Assembly: GCA_964519405.1 (NCBI GenBank)
Contig: CAZFLA010000001.1
Coordinates: 29,956 to 93,955, forward strand
Length of the DNA stretch: 64,000 nucleotides
Direction: 5' to 3'
From: an uncultured bacterium
Lineage (GTDB): Bacteria; Armatimonadota; HRBIN16
Both the position numbers and the translations under genes were made by a program. Below the pieces are notes generated by a model. The model was not told the DNA's origin and made no database searches. It saw nothing but the letters and a program-made list of their open reading frames with translations. Shown one piece after another: positions 39,901 through 48,180 of the stretch. Position 1 is the first letter of the stretch; each line of letters starts with the position of its first letter.

Positions 39901-40104
39901 ACCGGTGTTGCATTTGAGGTATGGGTAAATGGGACGCCAATATATCGCAAGCAGTTTACACAAAATGTTGGCTGGCAGCCTGTTGATGTGGATCTGAGTA
40001 AATATGGTAATCAACCCATATTGCTCAGCCTCGTCACAGATTCCTGCGGCCCAGCAGATTTTGACTGGGCCGCATGGGGTGATCCTGAGCTGCGTATCGG
40101 TTAG
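36952..40104 (+). CDS. Large (1050 aa) hypothetical carbohydrate-active-like protein with a C-terminal NPCBM/discoidin-like beta-sandwich
   Basis: No signal peptide seen. Central TIM-barrel-like region. C-terminus resembles NPCBM-type sugar-binding modules. Family unknown. Confidence 0.5.
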   Translation: MVARMSSKAPSDTLTIASLSADISNGAIVSLRNMLTKEVYTKTSAASSAYSRIYHLSDSVPQKEAPSACVTNKTQAGIIHVNSWTNKASVSTSVSTDGKDLTITQQVNHPKGGVYGASWEIADIPDSYSIIVPGESGQRFSKASAFGIKQFDYPMTWEAAYVLIQGERGGVIIRAVDPKYHYKLLYVQHLPGIFRLRFESRNQAPFDNLKTVMPIEWRVSAYRGGWLNGARIYNQWAEKAYHMVPIERKSARWLPDIQFAVTMSLDQTLLAPLAKQVNPKQTMLYLPIWRTDGYDKNYPNYEPAEGFAEFVQKAHSFGFRVMPHCNYFGCDPKNPLYSRFEKYQIRDAFTKAPMWWETPTDLSIKFAYINPASKEWRELLISKMKQIVSKYGVDAIYIDQLFCIYNDGAGLVDGLNMIEGNIALMRELTEALPNIPIGGEGLDEVTCLYQSFAQRHELSIDFLAGTWNTVRLAHAHAVSSSLLSRYTVMVGYLGMPNPDNDPELYTAWRTGYECYGVIPTLPWPSLGEITQPNAMLSQIFEEARFFQKYKPKPDFDTFWDARDRFVYRLADGRRAAYRDDLGSCFQVGTAGKAPETLFRRIQGVSHVTLPGSIPNWPVYNAREIGGLDPTKAYVWSKQPRDVKALHIEALTAGIAVSGVGVNKEFVRVHLKNELSSIRLTDDSLKAYSGVYLADGNTRQFPGIGFSDDCGAAVALIGPAIFMHPPWKPTPNGPQAPIGKQGFGNAFVRYSLTLPKATDIKLSATVNLQPNQSGKSDGIIMIVKVESNTGVTTSNIFADTMPTPIDVNITKHAGRAATISFILTPGAEGNITCDGTVLSNPLISFDYKSDGHFDMVSPKQIKYVVAASGKPNLTRLGQQRYRIQCTMPNMISVIYDDPRQIAKTVSLFDIPYQVSQISDRGAETAPSGWSAAGVGETTSMNVSRKVLSEHPPSNGKTVVDYWIQLPKRSCKLVGYTALRDGSKSTGVAFEVWVNGTPIYRKQFTQNVGWQPVDVDLSKYGNQPILLSLVTDSCGPADFDWAAWGDPELRIG

Positions 40105-40114
40105 CCTAACGCAG

Positions 40115-40154
40115 AACACACAGCGATCACTGCGTGATGTGATCGCTGTGTGTT
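40115..40154. terminator. Bidirectional terminator, perfect 16-bp stem, abutting the GH127 stop codon
   Basis: AACACACAGCGATCAC-tgcgtgat-GTGATCGCTGTGTGTT. Confidence 0.65.
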
Positions 40155-42051
40155 AGCGGCTTCTGCGAAGCCACACGCTCATCCAACCTGGTTCACGGTT
40201 ATCCCAAGCATAATAGGGGATTGCCTTTATGGGCTGCAAGCAGCTCTGAGCAGGCCGGTCGCTGTACAGAAGGTTGTCCCAACCTTCGCTGATTTCGGTC
40301 AGGGCCTCTGTGGTGATGGTGACCACTCCACCTAGCAGCTCAGGCTCGTAACGACACGCCATCGGGGCATCGTCGGGCAGCACGATGTTCTCAACGGCCA
40401 TATCATTATCTGCGCCCTCAAGGCAGTAGACAATCGGCCCTCGCTGGATTGCTGTGCGTCCTAGATCGGCTGCGACTGCTGGATTAGCATACATGCGCTT
40501 CGGCTGCATGGGCAGCTCAAGGTGAATGGCATCGCCGTCTTTCCACTCGCGATTGATTGTTAAATAGCCTTTTTCGATGACAGCGCTTGCCACAGAATCG
40601 CCGTTTACGGATACGGCATAATCGTCGCACCAACCGGGGATCCTCAGTTTTACGCTGAACGAAGATGCTTTTTGAGTATTCACAGTGACATCGATGCTGC
40701 CATCCCACGGGTAGTTGGTTTTTTGGCTGAGCTTAACAGGCGTATTGCCGACCATGAGTTCTGCATCGCTTTCGATGTAGAGATGCACGGCCACATCGGT
40801 ATCTGTGCTCGAATAGACATATCCACCAACTGATGCTATCAACCGAAGGATGTTTGGAGGACAGCAGGAGCAGTCAAACCAGCTTACTCGATGGTGTGTT
40901 CCGTTGCTGGCAAGTGGGTTCTCGTAGAAGTATTTGTTGCCGCATAACGAGATGCCGCTGATGGAGCCATTGTATAACGCCTGCTCCATGACGTCGGAAT
41001 AGGTGCTGTCAAGATCATATCGCAGCATGCGATGACACCACAAGATCAACCCGACTGCTGCACAGGTTTCGGCATATGCCGTTTGGTTGGGCAAGTCATA
41101 GTCGGTGGTGAAGCCTTCGTTGTTACGCGATGGCCCGAGCCCACCTGTAATATACATGCGCTTGGTGAAGAGGTCGTGAAGAAGCCGCTGTAATACAACG
41201 AAGATGCTTTCGTCGTTTGTGATGCCGGCTATATCTGCCGCGCCTGAGTAGTAATACATGGCGCGCACGGCGTGTCCCGCGACGCTGGCGTGCTCTCGAA
41301 GAGGGCATTCTGCTTGAGCGTAGGCATACTGATCGGTATGCATATGCGGCGGCAGTTGATCCGGTGCGACGATCTTGCCTTCACCTGCGATCTCGCGATC
41401 GAAGTAATGGGGCTGTCGGCCTCGCTCTTCCACGAAGTAATCGCAGAGCTTTAGATATCTTTCATTGCCGGTCGCTTCATACAGCTTGATCAGCGCGAGT
41501 TCAACTTCCGGGTGCCCGCAGTAGCCCTGCTTTTTGGTGGGCTCTGGCCCGAATACGCTGTCGATATAGTCGGCGTAGCGGCACATGCAGTCGAGGAACT
41601 TACGGTCTCCTGAATACCTGAAGTGAGCGACGGCGGCTTCCATCAAGTGGCCCGCACAGTAGAGCTCGTGCCAGTCGCGCAGGTTGGTCCATCGCTTTTC
41701 GGGCTCAACCAGCGTGAAGTGCACGTTCAAGTATCCGTCTGGCTGCTGAGCGGCGATGATCTTGTTGATTAGCTCATCCAGCATACCCTGCATTTTTGCA
41801 TCAGGGATCAGGTTCAGCGAATAGCATGCACCTTCAATCCACTTGGCCACGTCGGAGTCCCAAAAGATGTGCGGCTCGGGCTGCATACCGGGCTTCCAAT
41901 CCATGTTGTAGGCATCTAGTCGGCCAGTGTCTTTTAGGCATTGATACTGTGAGTAGAGAGTCTCTTTGGCAAGCGTCGTAATTCGTGGCTGCCAGAATTT
42001 GTCGGTGATATTTACCTTATCAAATGATAACGGTATGTGCTGTGCTGACAT
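40153..42051 (-). CDS. GH127 (DUF1680) beta-L-arabinofuranosidase-like enzyme, cytoplasmic
   Basis: 632 aa. FDCSCCPPNILR Cys cluster, matching the zinc/cysteine active site of HypBA1-type enzymes. (alpha/alpha)6 core. Confidence 0.8.
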   Translation of the reverse strand: MSAQHIPLSFDKVNITDKFWQPRITTLAKETLYSQYQCLKDTGRLDAYNMDWKPGMQPEPHIFWDSDVAKWIEGACYSLNLIPDAKMQGMLDELINKIIAAQQPDGYLNVHFTLVEPEKRWTNLRDWHELYCAGHLMEAAVAHFRYSGDRKFLDCMCRYADYIDSVFGPEPTKKQGYCGHPEVELALIKLYEATGNERYLKLCDYFVEERGRQPHYFDREIAGEGKIVAPDQLPPHMHTDQYAYAQAECPLREHASVAGHAVRAMYYYSGAADIAGITNDESIFVVLQRLLHDLFTKRMYITGGLGPSRNNEGFTTDYDLPNQTAYAETCAAVGLILWCHRMLRYDLDSTYSDVMEQALYNGSISGISLCGNKYFYENPLASNGTHHRVSWFDCSCCPPNILRLIASVGGYVYSSTDTDVAVHLYIESDAELMVGNTPVKLSQKTNYPWDGSIDVTVNTQKASSFSVKLRIPGWCDDYAVSVNGDSVASAVIEKGYLTINREWKDGDAIHLELPMQPKRMYANPAVAADLGRTAIQRGPIVYCLEGADNDMAVENIVLPDDAPMACRYEPELLGGVVTITTEALTEISEGWDNLLYSDRPAQSCLQPIKAIPYYAWDNREPGWMSVWLRRSR

Positions 42052-42179
42052 TGGTGTTCTCCCCTATGTGATAGGCCGTATGACGACATTATTCCGTCTG
42101 TGTTATTATCATAGCTGTACGAAATACCACTGCACAAGACTGCAATAGCATATATTAACGGCACAATTCCGACTATTTT

Positions 42180-43001
42180 ATGATGAGCGACATTCAGTAT
42201 CGATGCGACATAGCTGTTCACGCAGAAACGGCAGGACTATTCGTTTCGCAAGGACGCGGTATACACGGTAAACGAGTTCTCAGCAACTACGAACTGATCT
42301 TCGTGCGCCGCGGTGAGCTGCATATGTATGAGGATGATGATGTCTACCAGCTTACTGAGGGGCAGACGCTCATACTCCGACCAGGGCATGTGCATGGCGG
42401 TATTTCGCCGTATGCGAACGACTTGCGCTTCTACTGGGTTCACTTCACCTGTAACGACGAAGCAGAAGTGGACAGCATGAATGTGCCCTGTTACACCACG
42501 CTGAGCCGACCAGACTACATGACGTCGCTGTACCGCATGTTCCTGGAGAACCAAGAGGCCGACGGCCGATCACTCGAAGCCGCGAACCTCATCATCGGCT
42601 TGATGCTTATCGAGGTGGCTCAGCATAACACTCAGAGCCACTCGGATGTATCGGCAACACAGCTGCGCCTTGCCGACCGTGTGAAAGCATACATTCGGGT
42701 GAATTTCGATAAGCCGATTAGCACATCTGCCATCGCGTCGGAGCTTGATATCAATCCTGACTATTTGGGGCGCGTGTTCCATGCCGTGAATAGCCAAACG
42801 ATCACCGATGCTATTCATATACAACGCGTGAAGCATGCCAAAACACTGTTGATGGAGACTGATGTATCCATCGAAAAAGTGGGTGTCACCTGCGGATACG
42901 AAAATCCGCATTACTTTCGGCGGGTGTTTATGAAGCTCGAAGGAATGTCGCCCAAACAATACCGGCTGCTGTATTGCCGCATGCACACTAACTCCGAATA
43001 G
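42180..43001 (+). CDS. AraC-family transcriptional regulator (cupin plus HTH)
   Basis: N-terminal cupin (ILRPGHVHGG). C-terminal AraC HTH signature ...HYFRRVFMKLEGMSPKQYR. Confidence 0.85.
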   Translation: MMSDIQYRCDIAVHAETAGLFVSQGRGIHGKRVLSNYELIFVRRGELHMYEDDDVYQLTEGQTLILRPGHVHGGISPYANDLRFYWVHFTCNDEAEVDSMNVPCYTTLSRPDYMTSLYRMFLENQEADGRSLEAANLIIGLMLIEVAQHNTQSHSDVSATQLRLADRVKAYIRVNFDKPISTSAIASELDINPDYLGRVFHAVNSQTITDAIHIQRVKHAKTLLMETDVSIEKVGVTCGYENPHYFRRVFMKLEGMSPKQYRLLYCRMHTNSE

Positions 43002-43005
43002 GGCA

Positions 43006-43030
43006 GTAGGCTGGCTTAATACCAGCCTAC
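43006..43030. terminator. Hairpin or bidirectional terminator between araC and the GH3 gene
   Basis: GTAGGCTGG-cttaata-CCAGCCTAC. Confidence 0.5.
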
Positions 43031-43038
43031 TTGCAGAG

Positions 43039-45726
43039 TTATTTTGATTTCTTTGAGGTGACAGTAAGATCGATAGATTGAAGATCGACTGAGTTGCCGC
43101 CTACCATCACCTTAATGATGCCAGGCTCCACGACGCGCTTCATCTTGCGGTTGTAGAATGCAAGCTCATCGGCGTGCAGCGTGAAGGTGACTTGCTTTTG
43201 AGCGCCTGTATCAAGCGTGATTCGCTGGAATCCCTTAAGTTCCTTGACCGGACGCACTACCGATGCCACGGGGTCATGGATGTACATCTGAACCACTTCA
43301 TCACCCTTGACTTTGCCGGTGTTTGTGACCGTCACGGTGACATCGACGCTGCCATCTGCAGCCATCGTGGGTTTCGACAAGGTAAGATTGCTATACTTGA
43401 AGGTCGTGTAGCTGAGCCCATATCCAAACGGATACAGCGGCGTAGATGGTGTTCCGTCGCAGTATGTGCCGCCGTGCCAGCCTGGTTCCTGGTTGTAGAA
43501 AACCGGAAGCTGTCCTACGGAGTAGGGGAACGTGATGGGGAGCTTTCCACCGGGGTTTAGGTCGCCGAAGAGCGCTTCGGCGACAGCCGTTCCGCCTTGT
43601 TCACCCGGATTCCATGCCTCAAGAATCGCAGGGATATTTCTTGCGATATTCGTGATGGTTAACGGTCTGGCATTCACCAGCACAACAACCATAGGGGTGC
43701 CTGTTTTGGATACAGCCTCTATGAGACGGTTTTGGTCGCCTGTTAGGTTGAGGTCGGCGCGGTCATGTGTCTCTGCGTTGAGGTCTGGACTGTCTCCAAC
43801 CACAACAATGGCGACATCCGCCTTGCGAGCCGCTTTTACTGCTTCCTGTATGCCGCTGTCGCCGGCAACCGGCGATTCCATCGCGAGTTTGGCGACAGCA
43901 CCACCCGTGGTTTCGTGGTATTCCACGCGGATCTCGTAGCTCTTTCCTTTGACCATCTCAACGGATGCCGATGTGGTGCCCACATGGTCGGCCCATGCAT
44001 CCATCACGAGTGTGCCGTCTACATATAGCTTCACGCCATCATCCACAGTCGCGCTGAACTTATGTAACCCCGTGTTAGATGCTGTGTAATGAGCCGTCCA
44101 CCGTGCGGAGAAATGATCATTTTGTATAAGCGGATCCGGTGAGCCGTTACCCCAGTCGTAGTCGATTTTAGGTTCTACGCGCGTCAGTGCCGGATCACCT
44201 GATAGATCCATGTTATTGAAATACTCAGCATACCAGCCTGCCTGAGCACCCTGTGTCTGCACGGGTATCTCCGAAGTGGACTGCATACTGTATGTGATAT
44301 CGCATCCCTTGGCATAAACGACTTTTGTTGCCGGTTCCACGGCAGCTTTGATGCCTTGCAGAATGGTGACCATGCGATCCGTGTAGCCCTTAGGATCTTT
44401 AGTCCACACTCCGCACTGGTTTGTGAGGTTGTCAGCATTTGGCCCGATGACCGCGATAGTGCCTAGGCTTTTGCTGAGCGGCAGGGTATTACCAGCGTTC
44501 TTTAGCAGCACCAAGGACTCACGCGCAGTTTGGAGCGATAGCTCTTGATGCTTTTTGCATCCGACGAGTGATTTAGCAGCATTTGGATCGATATAAGGGT
44601 TATCGAAAAGACCAAGGCGGAATTTTGCACGCAGCACCCGCCGCACCGCATTATCGATGACCTTCTCGGAGATAACTCCTGACTTTACATAGCCTGCGAG
44701 TTTGCTGGCGAAATCATCACCAAGGTCGTGATCATGAACATCAAGCCCTGCTTCAAACGCCTGTTTAGCTGCTTGGTCAAGGCTTTCGGCTACATGCTGG
44801 CTGTCGAACAGGCTCTCCACACACATAAAGTCGGTTACGACAAAGCCGTCGAATCCCCATTCCTTTTTGAGAATGTCTGTCAAGAGATACTTATTGGCCG
44901 CACAAGGAACGCCGTTAACAGCGTGATAAGCACACATGATGGAGCCTGCTCCCGCGTCGATACCGGCCTTGAATGGCGGAAGCCAAACCTCTCGCAGCTG
45001 CCTGTCTGAAAGATCAATACCCGATGAATCCTTGCCGCCGATACCTGCATCATGAGCGGCATAGTGCTTGAGTGTAGCCATAATACCAGTTTTCAGCGAA
45101 TCGCCCTTTAACCCCTCAACAGCAGCTACCGCCATTTTCGTGGTCAGATATGTGTCTTCACTATAGCACTCACCAGTGCGGCCAAACCTGGGATCTCGAG
45201 CCACGCCAACATTTGGCGAGTAGGTGCGGGTGTAGCCAACGGCTCGAAGCTCAGATGAGATAACCCCATAAACTTGCTTAATAAGCTCTGTATCCCATGT
45301 GGAGCCCATCGATATCTCTTGGGGGAATGTCACAGAGTCGGCAACGCGGGCGTCGTATATGCCATCGCATCCAACCATGAGGGGAATGCCTAGGCGGGTT
45401 TCTTCTACAGCGATTTTCTGAAGCCGGTTCACCTCAGCGATCGCCTGTTCCGAAGTGGTACCGCCACCCCACTGCAGCACAAGGTGGCCTAATCCGGTTG
45501 CTGACTTCATGTATTTCTCAAATGGACCGAATCCGCTTTGGTTCAGTTGACCGGCCTTTTCCTCAATTGTCATCTTTTTAAGCAGCTTGTCTATCTGCTT
45601 TTCGACGTCGTCCTTCTTCCCCGCAGGGGCTGCAAATGCCACACGCGAACAGCAGATAGAAAGCGCTAATGCTATAACCAGCGAGCACACGATGGAACGT
45701 AATGTATCCAATAGAACAGTCTCCAT
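43039..45726 (-). CDS. Secreted GH3 beta-glucosidase/xylosidase-like enzyme with an inserted PA14 domain
   Basis: Signal peptide. KHYAAHD motif. Nucleophile region GFDGFVVTDFM. PA14-like insert. Fn3-like C-terminus. 895 aa. Confidence 0.88.
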   Translation of the reverse strand: METVLLDTLRSIVCSLVIALALSICCSRVAFAAPAGKKDDVEKQIDKLLKKMTIEEKAGQLNQSGFGPFEKYMKSATGLGHLVLQWGGGTTSEQAIAEVNRLQKIAVEETRLGIPLMVGCDGIYDARVADSVTFPQEISMGSTWDTELIKQVYGVISSELRAVGYTRTYSPNVGVARDPRFGRTGECYSEDTYLTTKMAVAAVEGLKGDSLKTGIMATLKHYAAHDAGIGGKDSSGIDLSDRQLREVWLPPFKAGIDAGAGSIMCAYHAVNGVPCAANKYLLTDILKKEWGFDGFVVTDFMCVESLFDSQHVAESLDQAAKQAFEAGLDVHDHDLGDDFASKLAGYVKSGVISEKVIDNAVRRVLRAKFRLGLFDNPYIDPNAAKSLVGCKKHQELSLQTARESLVLLKNAGNTLPLSKSLGTIAVIGPNADNLTNQCGVWTKDPKGYTDRMVTILQGIKAAVEPATKVVYAKGCDITYSMQSTSEIPVQTQGAQAGWYAEYFNNMDLSGDPALTRVEPKIDYDWGNGSPDPLIQNDHFSARWTAHYTASNTGLHKFSATVDDGVKLYVDGTLVMDAWADHVGTTSASVEMVKGKSYEIRVEYHETTGGAVAKLAMESPVAGDSGIQEAVKAARKADVAIVVVGDSPDLNAETHDRADLNLTGDQNRLIEAVSKTGTPMVVVLVNARPLTITNIARNIPAILEAWNPGEQGGTAVAEALFGDLNPGGKLPITFPYSVGQLPVFYNQEPGWHGGTYCDGTPSTPLYPFGYGLSYTTFKYSNLTLSKPTMAADGSVDVTVTVTNTGKVKGDEVVQMYIHDPVASVVRPVKELKGFQRITLDTGAQKQVTFTLHADELAFYNRKMKRVVEPGIIKVMVGGNSVDLQSIDLTVTSKKSK

Positions 45727-45805
45727 GGCGATATACCACCTTCAGAATGATCGAAATCCGTGAACGGCTTCGTGATATATTAACCAGACTGCTAGGGTGT
45801 TCCTT

Positions 45806-48133
45806 CTATTTATAAATCTCGATTTCGCTGATTTGGGCTGCATTTGGAAACCTCGTGCTGGATGATTCTGCAATGACCAAACGGAACCGATCGGTTACGA
45901 CGGGCTTGAATCTAGCCGAGTAGGCACTCGGATTGTCATTATTCGTCACATGAAAAATTGGCTGGAGTGATCTGTTTGTTTCAACCATGCCCGTGAACTC
46001 CACCGGGTATCCGCTGGGGTCGGCAAACCTGATGGTGACCGTCGATATCTGCTGCGGCTTTGGCAAGCGGACCTCAACCCAGTGAGGATGCGGAGTTTCT
46101 ACGGATGAATGCCATCTGTTTGTGAAGTCGGTTGGTGTGCTGATGACACCATCGATAAGCTGACTAGTGCATCCGCGTTCTTGACTGTATTCGCTGTCGG
46201 AAGCCACCTTGACGCCCTTCTGAAGGGCCAGATCGTCTGCTTGGTTGGTTACCCGCGGCAGGGGAACTGGCGGGTTGGTCCAAGATGGGCTGTGTGACAA
46301 CTGGCTAATGGCCGTGTAACCAGTGTTATACACCGTATTCATGCTGCAAGGCTGCGGCAGCCATGTTCGGAATATGTTGTCTTGAGAGAAGCCATTACCA
46401 GCGGAAGCGTAATCACAGAAGGTTGCGCCGTTGATGTCGAAAGCCATCCATGCACCGATCTTTTTCGCGGCTTTCGGGTTGGCTTTGAGCTTTAGCTGTT
46501 CGCCCAGCATCACATTGGTGCTAGATGGTGGCGCGATGCGGTTATCGAGTGCGAGCACAACCGGACCTCGCTGAAGGGCTGTGTATCCGTTGAGGTGAAT
46601 CTGCTGAGGTGACATGTCGAAATGCATCTGAATGCGATCACCAGAGCTCCACAACCGGGTGATATGCATGTAGCCAGTACGGGTCTTATAGGGCCTGCCA
46701 TTTATAGTCATCGTGGTGTTGTGACTCCACGATGGCATTCGCAGTGTCATTGTGAACGTCTTGGGCTTGCTTAACTGAACGACGATGTCAGCCTTGTCAC
46801 TCACAGGGTAATCACCCATGATTTTGACTTTGATATCGCCGAATTTGGCCTGTGATGGGGAGTAAAGGTTGATCACGGGGCCGTTTTTGCCATTCATAAA
46901 CGCCCACTGTGGTGTCAACATCAACGCACGAGGGCCGTTGACCACACAGCAACTTAGTTTCACATCAGCATGTTGGATGTAACTGGGAACTCGAAACCCC
47001 ATCAACCCGCCGAAGTATGCCCACCATTTGCCGTCAGGCATCATAGAGCCAAGAAGCCCATTGTAGAGGTTCTTCTCTAGCTCATCTGCATATGAAACAT
47101 CGCCAGTCAGCCTAAGCAACTGGTCGCAGAACTTCATCCATGTCACCGTGACGCATGTTTCCATGGGCTTTTCGACGGCATTCGTTTGGTCTGTAGCTCC
47201 GCCATACCAGACCTCACCGCGTGTACCGACACCGACGATTGTGGCTTCTTCCTTGCGGATACCATCAGCCAATTTCACGGCAGCATCTAGATACTTGCGG
47301 TTAGCGGTCACCCGATATAACTCGCATAGTCCTTCAAAACAAGACATCATTTCATATGCCTTAGGGGCACACATGTTTACGGGCTTTGTTCCAGAGAGAG
47401 CATCTTCAACGAGACGCATGCCGTTTGGAAGGCGTGATGAGGGTTTGCTCCAGCAATCCACAATATGCTGGGCAAAATCTAGATATTTCTGCTGGTGCGT
47501 ACGCTCATATAACAACACGATGGGCTCCAACACTGATGATGCAGGCAGGCCGTTCCATTCGCCAACGTCAGCGATATTCGTCTTGCCTGGACCAAACTCA
47601 GAGATCAGCACATCAGCATGACGGCAAGCCGCCTGGAGTGCTGAGGCATCGTGTGTTCTATCGTAATATGCCAACACACCCAGTAGGGCGTATTTACATC
47701 CCCACACATCCCAACCCTTTGTGCGGTGCTCAACTGCTCGAGTTCCCAGATAGCCGTCGGCCGCCGCTGTATCGATGAGCGCCTTTGCGGCCTCGTTGAT
47801 TTTCTTCTGGCTGTTAGCTGTTGATTTATACGCATCGGCAAGTGCCAGTGAGGTATACCATTTACCCCAATACTCGCAGCGCCAATCGCCTCCACCAATC
47901 TCTTGCTTGATGCGATACGGGGCTACCATTGGCTCTATATCTTGGGCAAGCAGCCGGTTTGTGTAACACAAGTCAAGTTTCTTACCGAGCCGCCCCTCAA
48001 TACGCACTGATCCCGGTGTTGCATGGGTCATGACATCAGTGGCTGCGAACAATGAAGCCGATGAGAACAGTAGGAGCACAATCCAGATAAGTTTCCGATA
48101 CGGCATGACAGGCCTCCGCGATATTAACGTCAA
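45806..48133 (-). CDS. Secreted GH127/GH146-family (DUF1680-like) glycosidase with a C-terminal F5/8 type C (discoidin) domain
   Basis: Signal peptide. SCC motif (KLSCCVVNGP) analogous to the GH127 CC site. A discoidin-like domain in the last 150 aa. Confidence 0.6.
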   Translation of the reverse strand: MTLISRRPVMPYRKLIWIVLLLFSSASLFAATDVMTHATPGSVRIEGRLGKKLDLCYTNRLLAQDIEPMVAPYRIKQEIGGGDWRCEYWGKWYTSLALADAYKSTANSQKKINEAAKALIDTAAADGYLGTRAVEHRTKGWDVWGCKYALLGVLAYYDRTHDASALQAACRHADVLISEFGPGKTNIADVGEWNGLPASSVLEPIVLLYERTHQQKYLDFAQHIVDCWSKPSSRLPNGMRLVEDALSGTKPVNMCAPKAYEMMSCFEGLCELYRVTANRKYLDAAVKLADGIRKEEATIVGVGTRGEVWYGGATDQTNAVEKPMETCVTVTWMKFCDQLLRLTGDVSYADELEKNLYNGLLGSMMPDGKWWAYFGGLMGFRVPSYIQHADVKLSCCVVNGPRALMLTPQWAFMNGKNGPVINLYSPSQAKFGDIKVKIMGDYPVSDKADIVVQLSKPKTFTMTLRMPSWSHNTTMTINGRPYKTRTGYMHITRLWSSGDRIQMHFDMSPQQIHLNGYTALQRGPVVLALDNRIAPPSSTNVMLGEQLKLKANPKAAKKIGAWMAFDINGATFCDYASAGNGFSQDNIFRTWLPQPCSMNTVYNTGYTAISQLSHSPSWTNPPVPLPRVTNQADDLALQKGVKVASDSEYSQERGCTSQLIDGVISTPTDFTNRWHSSVETPHPHWVEVRLPKPQQISTVTIRFADPSGYPVEFTGMVETNRSLQPIFHVTNNDNPSAYSARFKPVVTDRFRLVIAESSSTRFPNAAQISEIEIYK

Positions 48134-48180
48134 GTGATACTTACGTAATACAGCGGAGGTTCGCGTCTGTCAACCTTTCT

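Noticed and set aside
39565-40119. 184-aa minus-strand ORF
   Set aside because: It is antisense to the 3' end of the 1050-aa gene. The terminator hairpin lies within it.
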